64,000 nucleotides of DNA. It comes from Octopus sinensis. Its lineage: Eukaryota. The DNA lies in assembly GCF_006345805.1 (NCBI RefSeq), contig NC_043010.1:3906001-3970000 (forward strand), given 5' to 3'. Positions 53,160 through 64,000 of this stretch are shown here, piece by piece (the first letter of the stretch is position 1; every line of letters begins with the position of its first letter). The notes under the pieces were generated by a model. The model worked only from the letters and a program-made list of their open reading frames with translations. It had not been told where the DNA came from and did not search any database. Made by a program: the position numbers and the translations under genes.

Positions 53160-53205
<46 letters not shown>

Positions 53206-53208
53206 ATA

Positions 53209-53430
53209 TTTCTTTACTACCCACAAGAGGCTAAACACAGAGGGGACAAACAAGGACAGACAAACGGATTACATCGATCCCAGTGCGTAACTGGTACTTA
53301 ATTTATCGACCCCGAAAGGATGAAAGGCAAAGTCGACCTCGGCGGAATTTGAACTCAGAACGTAATGGCAGACGAAATACGGCTATGCATTTCGCCCAGC
53401 CTGCTAACGTTTCTGCCAGCTCACCGCCTT
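53209..53430 (-). mobile_element. tRNA-derived SINE family C
   Basis: Reverse complement of the 28559-28795 family; degenerate copies near 22900-23040, 43610-43815, 50810-50920, 60380-60490. Confidence 0.85.
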
Positions 53431-53448
53431 ATATATATATGTGTGTGT

Positions 53449-53483
<35 letters not shown>

Positions 53484-54319
53484 CACATACACATATACTC
53501 ACATATGGGCACATGCATGTGCACACACTGGCACAAATTCACCCATATACCTTTAAAGGTATTCTCTTCTATACAAACTAAATATATTTTTGCAATGTGC
53601 ATAATGTATCAGGTATAAAAATACAAAATCTTAAAAAAAAAAATTGACTAATAAGTTGCACATAAATAATAAGGTTTTGAATTAGATACACAATAAAAAT
53701 AATTACATTCTTAGCCTCGGTTATCTCGCGCAGCATTCTTAATATGAAGGAAATAGGAGATAATAGAAAATAATGAATTTGGATATTGATCTTGCAAAGA
53801 AAGGTTAGTTTAATAAGAGAGAATAAATAAATAGAATGTAGAAAATGTAGAGATATATCCATTAATCCTCTTGCATCACCTATGATTAGATTTCTTTTAC
53901 TTATTTTTGATTAGCTACCGAGTTTGGGGGAAGGAAACCCATCACAGATTCCTAAGAATGTTGCACCAGTCCTTACATCTTTAATTATAGTATTTAATGC
54001 ACCTAGCATAATTTATTCTTAAATTATAATTTATACAATTATGGTAATACATGTGTGTAGATGTTATCAGTATTGGCTTCTCCTAAGAATTGACTCATCC
54101 GCTTTCAAGTTGTTGTTGTTGTTGCTATACTCTTGCATTGCTGATTTGGATTAGAGAAAATGTAATCAAATTTTCAGTCTATTCTAGTATTTAAAAGATT
54201 AAATTTAGTTCTGTATTTCTTGGGAATTTCATTCTATGTTTCTTCTTCAATTTTAAATATATCATGACTTGTTAATATGCACTTTAATGAATATATTAGT
54301 TGACCTGATGTGTATATGT

Positions 54320-54351
<32 letters not shown>

Positions 54352-55310
54352 AAGGGGAGAGAGAAAGAGAGAAGAGGTGGGGTCTGTAATCTTTCTGTTT
54401 TTAAAACTTTTCTCACCATAACCTCAGGCATCTGACAACTTCAGGGTGAGAAACTTAAAATTACTATTGAATGGAATTTTTTTTCCATAATGAAGTGTTT
54501 TCCCAACAGTTTTCAGATGACTAATGGTCTGCAGGGTACGTTTCCAAATGAGAAAGCACCTTCATAAGCCAATATACAATCTTTAATAAATTTTTGAATT
54601 GTGAAACTGAATAGGGCTCAATACCTTTACACCAGCTTTAATAATGAATATGGTCCTTTAGGTTATTGACAATGATATTGTCATCATAGTTGTTGATTGC
54701 AATAACAAGCTGAGAAACATCAGAACCGATACACTGGCAAGCACGATGATTGTAATCTAAAGCACAAAGTAATCCAAAGACGGCCCAGGGAGCCTTCTTC
54801 TGTGGAGTAAGGGATCTTAATAATTCTAGCATAATCTGCAGAAAAGTAGCTGTCCATCGTTTAGTATCTTCTATCCAATCAGCTTTGATGGTCAAATTGG
54901 TTTTATAAAGAGAAAACAAAACAGGAAAATGGTGTTACATATTATGTCTCTTCTCGATGAGGAGTGTGCTTCTCAAGAAGATTTTATTATTTTTGTGCTT
55001 TATACTATAAATTTTGTAAACAGTAGCTTCATTGGTTAAAGGTTCCCAAAAGCCAATCACTAGTTCACTGCATTTCTGAGGCAAGAGTGACAAGGGACTC
55101 TCTGTATCTCAGGTAAAATAAATACTATGATGCTTCTGTTTAGATGCATCAATTTATTAATTTTTTTCGCTGATGTGTACATTGACAAAAGGTATATACT
55201 TTATCTATATATATATATATATGCTCTCTATCTTTTATGTTAAAAGTCTCTTGACTGTCATTCCTTTTTATATATGCATCAATTGAGATTGTGTGAAACT
55301 TTCACTAAAC

Positions 55311-55604
55311 CAGGGATCAGCAACTTATTTTTGTAGTGACCCACTTTTGATGTTTTTACATTTTCCCTTGACCCATTTGTATACTATATCACATCACACA
55401 TTTAAAAATATCCAAACATATCACTTCGTGTCCATCACTGGCAAGATTATGTAAGCAAAAAAGAAATTTAAAAGTCTGTGGCACTAGACTTTAAAAGCCA
55501 TCATCTACTCAATGACCTACAAACACATTAAATATGAACACTTTTTGGAAAAGGTTTGAAGCCCACAGTAAACACCACAGTGGTTCAGTTGTTGCTGATC
55601 CCTA
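55311..55604. mobile_element. hAT-like MITE
   Basis: TIR CAGGGATCAGCAAC / GTTGCTGATCCCTA; 8-bp TSD not evident. Confidence 0.55.
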
Positions 55605-56500
55605 AACAAACCAGCAAGATTTCAAAACTTCCATACCTTCCTTCTCCTACATAACATTTGTTCCATAACCTTTCCCTTTTCAAGCTGAAATTGCTTACAG
55701 TAATCTGTAGGTGCAATAATGACTGTGTGTTAAGAAATTTGCTTTCCAGCCACATGGATCTTGGTTCGATCCCACTGTGTTCCACCTTGAGCAAATAACT
55801 TCTGTCATAGTCATGTCAGTGTAATTTAGTGGGTAGAAACTGTGGCAAAAGGCATTTGCTTCAGGTGCAGCAGAGTGTAATCAAATCAGAAACTGTACTG
55901 TTGTGAAATGAACTTCGTAACCACACAGCCATACCTTCACCTTAACTATATACCATACCTCTATCTATAGATTAGTGCTTACATCAGAACATACATGTTA
56001 TGCATTAGAAGGAAAGGATGCAAATTATGAGATCCCAGTGTTTAGTTGAACCTTAAAAAAACACTAAAATATGCATATTTAAACAAGAATGAAGATATAG
56101 AAACCTTTAACATAAAAGATAGCTGGACATTTTTAGGATGCAACTTACTGAAAAACATTCATTAGTCCTGTGCTTGGAGAAAGAAGCAAATTGTTGCTTA
56201 GTAGCTCCCTGATTACGGCTCGAAATGCCATACAACAGTTCTTAAAAGCGAGAAAGAAAATTAGTAGTAAAGACTGATATCAGAATGCTGACTATCAGCT
56301 CCATTTGGGAAAAAGTGGTATGTGAATGTTCTAGCTATGATAGTGTAAGCGATAAAGTTTTACTAGTTTGCCAGATAGTGTGTTTGACTGATACAGGATT
56401 CTTTGAAAACAAGTGCATCCGAAATAACAATGACATTTTTAGGGACATTGAAATGAAATGGATGGGAGTATGATTTTAGGATAATGAAAAGGTACCTTAA

Positions 56501-56721
56501 CCCTTTCATTGCCAACCTGGCTGAAACCGGCTCTGGCTCTGTAATACAAATGTCTTGTTTTCGTAAGTTTTGAATTAAAATCTTCTACCAAACTTTAGTC
56601 ACACTTTATGTTCCTAACAGTAGCTTAATGATAACTAAGTTATCTTAATAAATTCTTTGTTACATTTAAAGTAACTGAAAGAAACACAGAGCATCTAAAA
56701 ATAAATACAGTAACAAAAGGG
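56501..56721. mobile_element. piggyBac-type MITE
   Basis: TTAA target duplication on both sides with CCCTTT...AAAGGG termini. Confidence 0.75.
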
Positions 56722-57161
56722 TTAAATGGGAGATGAAGAATGGCCAGTTACTTTTTTAGGTTAATTTTAACTTGATTACTCAGTTAACCAAAATGATGTT
56801 CCCCTAATAGGTTCCCCTTGATTACTTGAGACCGGGAATGTTGAAGGTATGTCAGGAATAGTTGCTGAGATGTTTGAAAGCATCAAACTACATAAATAGT
56901 TAAATGACTAATAATAATAATAATAATGTTAAAATCATGAGATAATGAGCTTAATGCATACAGATCTCAGGTGCACTTCATCGCATCAGAAAAAATAACC
57001 AAATCTGCCTGAACAGATCATTGAACATTGAAGTCATGGGAGAATACACATCACATTATGGGATTCCTCATTATGGGGTAACTTTTGGGAACACAACTTT
57101 TGTGTAATATGGGAAAGTTTGGGTGGAATTATGAAATAATTATTTTGCAATACACTTGTAA

Positions 57162-57553
57162 TCTCTCTCTATATAAAGCTGAAGTTGTCTGTGTATGGCA
57201 GGTTTGGTAGCCTTCAACTAACACTATCTCCTCCGAGACCCTGAGGTGCAAAATGACCAAAATTGAGAGTATGATAGAAGAAGGCTTGCTCTTCCTTCCA
57301 TAGAAGAAAAAATTCAAATCAGACCATGTTAACACAAGAAATTATTTACATCAAAAAGGTGCTTTTTTCTATGAAAATCCCAATTTTTTTACAATTTTTT
57401 GACTGCTCTGTCGTCATTTTTTGGTGTATTTCAACCAGAAAAATGTTCACCTAAAGAGAATAACAAGCTACATAATGCAAAATTTTTACTTTTCAAAAAT
57501 TCCAATTCTAAAGGGTCGAAACAAATCCGAGCAATGCCGGGTGATACTGCTAG
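57162..57553 (+). mobile_element. Non-autonomous Helitron-like element
   Basis: Inserted between A and T; 5' TCTCTCTCTATATAAAGCTGAAG; subterminal GC-rich hairpin-like CCGAGCAATGCCGG; 3' CTAG terminus. Confidence 0.75.
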
Positions 57554-58312
57554 TATGAAATAAAAGTAAAATATTGAGATATGTTTACAAACACTGTTTG
57601 GATTGATGTTTAACTCTTTGAAAGGTAAATTTGTTCAATGAGTGCTCCTTATCCAACTTACAATATCATTTTCACCTGTCTTTTTTTTTTGTTTCATTGT
57701 CGCTAAGAACTAATATAGTTGTGCCATCAGATTTTTCAATAATATCTGTTATAGTTCTCAAAATGCTTTCAATTTTCTGTTTACAATATTTATCCCATTT
57801 GGTAATCCCTTATTTGTTATATTCTTGGTAATTATTTCTATATTTTGATTTATGGCCAGTATCACTCTCTCTCTCTCACACACACACACACACATGCACA
57901 CTTGCACGCACACACACACACATTCCTCTTTTTTTTTTCTTTTCTCACCTAATGATTGATTTAATGCAGTCTCCTATCAGGCTATTCATTTTTTTTTTTC
58001 ACGTGAGCTCCTGGATCTTTAAAATTTTAATGGAGTTTCTCAAAAAGACTGAGCCATTCATTATGGCTAATAAAGCAAAACTTCAGAAGAGAGAATTTTC
58101 AGAAATTAGATCACATGCTACTTAATAAATTCTTCTTTGTGTTTATTGACTCAGAATGAAAGGGTGAGTGAGGTTAGTGTTGTTAATATTTCATATGAAA
58201 TATTCATAATTAGTTTTGGAAAGTAATACATATGCAAATATGGAATTCCACAGCACTTCAGTGTATGTTAGTTATATGGTCACATTGTTACTGCCATCAT
58301 CATCAAAGTTGA

Positions 58313-58343
<31 letters not shown>

Positions 58344-61229
58344 GTCGTCGTCATCGTCATCATTATCATCATCATCATCATCCTTATTTTATATTACTCT
58401 CCAAGTATGCCTGTTTTCCTATTACTTGAGATTTCTTGATGGAGAAGCAATTATCAGGTACTTATATCAAGAAAGAGAGTCCCCCCCCCCATACACACAC
58501 ACACACACACACACATGTGTGTATCTGTATATGCTATATGAATTATGCCTATCTGGAACAATTGTGCATATTTGATTGATGCATATCTTAGGAAAGAATC
58601 TCAGAAAAGGTGACTTAGAAAGAAAGTATAAATAAGTAAATTTTTATTAAGGCTAGGATAATGGTATCTAGTTTAGTGCAGCAGAAAGTATCGTCAGATT
58701 TGCAGAGAAGTAAAGAGAAATCATAGCTGCTGCTGATGGACAAAAATACTGGAAGTTTATGCTGGAAACAGTTTCATTTATAGAAAGAGTTATCTAGTTT
58801 ATCTAGTCACTTATGCAGTCAAAGAATAATAATGGTTGTAAAGTTTTTTTTTTTTTTTTTTTATATTTTATTTTGAAGATTGTAAGTATAGAATATAAAA
58901 TAAATGAAAAATAATAAAAAAAAAGATAAAAGACAAATAACTTTAATTAACCGTGTGATGCACATGAATAAATATAACTGATGTTATGGCAACCTATAAA
59001 AACAAATGAGTTGTAAAAAGTGGGGAAAAAATAACTGATTTGTAAGCAAATTGTTTTATTGATTTCATAATCTGAATTTATCAACACTTTCCACAAAGGA
59101 GGAAGTAGTACAACAACATTGTGACTGAAAATCTGAAATTAGATTAATACTGCCAAATTATATCGTTACGCATCTGAATTGATTACACAGCTATACATTT
59201 TAGATAAGATTTTTAATATAATATTCAAATCTGTAGAATAATCTATGTATTATTAGCTTCGTTGAGCCACTATGATGTCTAGAGTAAAAAGAAAATAAGT
59301 TAGAACTTTGATTTCACTATCACTTTGCCTGTGATACTAAAATGTAGGAGTAGAATGATAAAATAAGAAGTGGAATAGAACCAGTGAGTGTGTTCATTAC
59401 TGGCATAATGATCCTCCTGTGATACAGCAAAACATGTCTGAATACACAGGTTCACACCAAGAATCTTGCAAACCAAATAGAAAAATGTAATATAAGAGAG
59501 AAAAAGGTGAACCAACTGACTGACATAATGTAACTTGTCAACATGCACAAGTCTTTAAACCAGAGTCGGGGTGAGGCGTCCTCTCTCTGTTATTTCCATT
59601 TCTACAGCAGTCTTGTGCCAACTCCCTTCTCATCTCACACAGTTCCCCTCCTTCCGTCACCTTAACTATGACCCTTCTCCCTTACCCTGACTTCCACTGA
59701 CTCCTATGCCTTGGCTTTCCTCACTACAAAGTTGACACAATAGAATTTCCATTCACATTTTTTTTTTCTGTATCTGATAACATGGAGCTATTCAGTAGAA
59801 ACAGTAATGCTAACAATCACGCTGGTCTCTGAATACTTTCAAAGCAATGACACAGCCCATTTCTCCATACTGCCAACCACTTCCAAAAAATTATGCTTGA
59901 CGTAAACACTAAAAATAAAGGTGTTTTATCTGCAATTGGAGAGGGATAAATACAACAAACAAAATCAAACATAATATGAATCAGGATTCTTTTCTACCCT
60001 GAAGATATACATCTACTTTGGTGTTGATGACTGTTAATGTTTGGAAATGCTGTCTAGAGTTGACTGTATAGTATTACTGGTTCATTTACAATCCATTTAG
60101 CAGTTTCATTGGCTTTGTTCTTTCTCAGAGTTTTAAAATATTAAAGAAATGGAATCTGACAAACTAGTTGAAAAACTTTTTCAGTTGCTTGGGTTAGAAG
60201 TGAAAAGAAAGTTTAAAGAGAGCCTAGTAAATATCACTAGAAACTAATCCGAGTAAGTATAAGCACTTTATTAATAAGAAGACTATGTTCAGTGAATATG
60301 TATATGAAATAAATGTCATTTAAAGAAGTGTATTGGTAGAGAAAGAATAAAAATGCATAGTGAATTAATGCAAGTGATGCTTTATTAAGTGCAGTGAATT
60401 GGCAGAGGCATTACAACTGTAGATATTTAGAACAGTATTTGTTCTCAATCTCTGCACACTGAGTTCAAATCCTGCCCAAATCAATTTTGCAATATTTATT
60501 CTGGCTTTTTGTGTCCTCAGTTCGAATTCTTCCATGATCAACTCGGTTAAGATACTTAATCCATTGCCTGGTTTAGTACCAATCTCTGATACTTTGGGTG
60601 TCTTTTGCAAGCATTTGAGTTAGGTCTTCAGTTTGAATGTGCCTTCATTCGTTTTTTCCCATCAATATCAATCTTGACACTGGTCATGGTCAAGGACACT
60701 AACTTACACACTTGCTTTGTTATATTAAAAAAATATAATCATGTATGTATATTGACATTGAAGATTTAAACCAGGAGTCAGTCAGAAACATATGCTAAGA
60801 ATGATGCAGAATGCTATGATACATAACTGTTGAAAACAGATTTCAAGATGGAAGTAAAGGATTGTTTTTTTAATGACTTTATCAGAGGTGAAACTGCAGC
60901 ATGCATGATCTTTGCTAGGTCTCTAAGACAGGTGAGGGGGAAAAGAAAGAAGAGGTAACTAGGTTGCAGCAGGAAAATGCAACATATTTCAAAATTCAGT
61001 TAGGCTCTGGTATAAGGCCTGGTCTAAATAGTTCTGATAGAGAAGACTTCATAAAAGGCCCCAAAGGATTAGATGGAAGTGTTAAATCAAATTACTAATT
61101 AAATCTGCCACTGAAGTACAGATACAGACCAATGGGATTACATATGATTTCAATTCATTTTCACTTACAAGGTTGAAATAATCTAAGGGTTAGGAGGAAG
61201 AATTGTCTCCTTCACTGCGTTTCTGACAG

Positions 61230-61560
61230 TGAGCTAACTTATAGAATTTTAAGATGAAAATAGCAACCAACATAGTATCTGTCAATTTACTGGGTATTGG
61301 ACTTAACCCTAGTTTGCTGTGAACTCCGTATACACCAAACGGCCACCCTCTGTAAGTAGATTCATGTTCTAACCATCCACTAAATATTATTAAGCAAATA
61401 CCTATAACGACAAATGATGAAGCAACCTTCCATGGATTTGAGAAGAAGGTCAGCCAAATACTCATCCATAGCTTCTTTGAAAACACAACAGCAGAGGACT
61501 CACCCATGACAGAAATACAAATTAAGAAAAGCAATATGACCTGGTTCAAATGACCATACA
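61230..61560 (+). mobile_element. Penelope-like RT remnant
   Basis: IATNIVSVNLLGIGLN (cf. VNFLDVTxNL) and SCSNHPLNIIKQIPI (cf. SNHPPxIIKQIP). Confidence 0.6.
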
Positions 61561-62009
61561 AGGAAAACTTAACTCACATGACAAATGATAATTCTCCTTA
61601 ATCAACAAGCACTTCCACACTCATCTTTATTCTACAAGAACAGCATCATCATCACCACCACCACCACCACCACCATCAGCATTTAATGACTACTTTTTTC
61701 TGCTTGCCTGGGTCAGAATGGAGTACATTGGAGTAGTTTCCTTCAGCTGGACTCCCTTCCTGTTACCAAAACCCACTTGTTTCCAAGCAAGGTTCACCAC
61801 TAATCTCCCACTCTAATGAATAAAAAGCAGCTCAGATGTTTCTGTGAACAACTGGAAACAAAGGACACCAAATAAATTGGGCAGCATTTTGAGACATGGC
61901 CAGAAGCTCAGATGGTGGACTACAGGCAAATAACACCTTTAGTGAAGTTTCTGTTTACAATCAGTAAAAGAACCATGTAGTCAAGAGAAATACAATTTCA
62001 AACACACAT

Positions 62010-62055
<46 letters not shown>

Positions 62056-62652
62056 GCACGCACGCACGCACACAGAATGCTTCTTTTAATTTCTGACTAC
62101 CAAATTCACTCATAAGCCTTTGGGTTGGCCCAAGGCTATAGAAGAAGACACCTACCCAAAGTACCTTGCAGTGGGACTGAACCTAATCTATGTGATTGAG
62201 ATGTTTAGCTGTGTAGTTACTTCATTTAAACTGAATCTTAAGCACACATATATATATGGGTTTTTTGCCCCATAACACTCCTAAAAGGAAACTAATTTTG
62301 TTGCATAACCACGGAAACCTTCAGTTTTTAATCCTTGATATAAATGTTAGACATTCAATGTCCTTTTTATATATCACTGCATACCTTTTCTGGTTTTTGG
62401 TCTTTTAGATTTTCTGTTACACTGTGACAATATTCATTGTGTAACAGTATTGGATTGCCTTGAGCTCCACTGTTAGTTGGACGCTATCTTTTGACCATAA
62501 TTGGGAGTAGCAGTCAAGGTGGCAGAGAACAAATTTTCTTTATCATACGACAAGGGTGGCAGTGTGGATGATAGAAGAGACCAATATAGAGTGGGTTAGG
62601 GTTATATATATGTGTATATTTTGAATGTTTGCATAGAAGATATATATATATA

Positions 62653-62990
62653 TACTCTTTTACATGTTTCAGTCATTTGACTGTGGCCATGCTGGAGCAC
62701 CGCCTTTAGTCAAGCAAATCGACCCTGGGACTTATTCTTTGTAAGCCCAGTACTTATTCTATCGGTCTCTTTTGCCGAACCGCTAAGTGACGGGGATGTA
62801 AACACACCAGCATCGGTTGTCAAGCAATGCTAGGGGGACAAACACAGACACACAAACACATACACACACATACATATATGTACATATATACGACGGGCTT
62901 CTTTCAGTTTCCGTCTACCAAATCCACTCACAAGGCATTGGTCGGCCCGGGGCTATAGCAAAAGACACTTGCCCAAGATGCCACGCAGTT
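62653..62990 (-). mobile_element. SINE family B copy (5' truncated)
   Basis: High similarity to 52299-52718. Confidence 0.88.
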
Positions 62991-64000
62991 GAAATTTACA
63001 GAAAAACGAATGTGAAGACAGGTGTAAAAACAACAAGCAGGTGTAAAGAGAATATATGTGTGTGTGTGTGTTTATAGTGAACATTACTGTATATAAAGAA
63101 ATTCTTAGATTTGTCTTTTGAGAAGTATTCTGTCAAAGTAACAGAACTAATGTCCTCTTTGAAGACTCACACACACACACGTACATGCATATTATTTGGG
63201 TTGAGTTTAGTCTGTTGCTACCCTGAGTTTCACCCATGGGTATACAGGATCTTTAAACAAGTTATCACTTGGCCTGTAACTCAAACTGACTAATCAAAAC
63301 AGAATATGTTATTATGGCATTGAGTATTCTTTTCTCAGATTGGTAACATAGAAAAGATTAATGCCATGAAGAACAACAATAATGGTTACAACAACAATAT
63401 ACAAACATAGAAAGATAGAAGCATACAAAAGAACAAACATGCAAACATAGAAGCATACCAAACTTAAGGACCAGAATAGCCATAGTATTAGCAGTGAAGA
63501 TAATGGAAGCAAACATAGGGTCAGCAGAATGGGAGATAATAGCCATAAATTTAATGGAGGGGGGACGGTAATAACAGTAACAACAACAACTATGAAAATA
63601 AGAATAATGGCAATAATAAGGCTGCGTACAACTACAACAACAACAACAGAGGAAACAACTGTATAAACATGCAAACTAATACAAACATTACTGACAACAA
63701 CAATATACCACCACCACCACCACCACCACCAATAACAACAGACACCACCAACGAGATGGTAACCAGAGAAATGATATGATAGTTAGTAGTACAATGGGTA
63801 TAAATGACACCAACCCTTTCTATTCCTTATTCTTCAATCCATGGGATAAATCATACAATATGAGCAGATATGAGCCGTATGTATTTATCCGACAACCCTA
63901 CCCTTCAACAAAAGAGTCTGCACTCCTCAACAGACAAATGGCAAAATAGAAGCTCGCTTCACCATAGCCAGTACTAAACTTTGACAAATTTTAGAACAAT

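Noticed and set aside
54638-54919. 93-aa ORF considered as a remnant of the missing ectodomain exon
   Set aside because: No DxNDN, DRE or AxDxG motifs; only faint RT-like similarity.
63312-63674. Hydrophobic 120-aa ORF resembling a membrane protein
   Set aside because: Arises from (AAC)/(AAT)-rich low-complexity sequence; no splice or homology support.

Overview
AT-rich, microsatellite- and TE-dense animal genomic DNA. The protocadherin type and SINE content are most consistent with an octopus (coleoid cephalopod); the species cannot be determined from the sequence. The one clear gene is a minus-strand protocadherin: putative 5'UTR exon ending at 18706, a giant exon 14008-11582 (signal peptide, 6 cadherin repeats, TM), a cytoplasmic exon 10335-10179 and a probable short last exon from 10049. 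A second, paralogous cytoplasmic exon (50204-50054, GC donor) has no ectodomain exon in the remaining 13.8 kb of the window. Three phase-compatible plus-strand exons (1912-2020, 26027-26099, 44580-44767) suggest an unidentified host gene, with the protocadherin nested antisense in a 24 kb intron. Other notable items: a perfect 348 bp palindrome carrying a Penelope-type minimal hammerhead ribozyme on both strands, a duplicated AG|GT splice-signal module upstream of the protocadherin, and a mariner derivative built from two left ends. The rest is dead Tc1/maT/mariner, Penelope and LINE remnants, SINEs, MITEs, a Helitron and simple repeats. All exon joins are predictions from splice signals and reading frame only.
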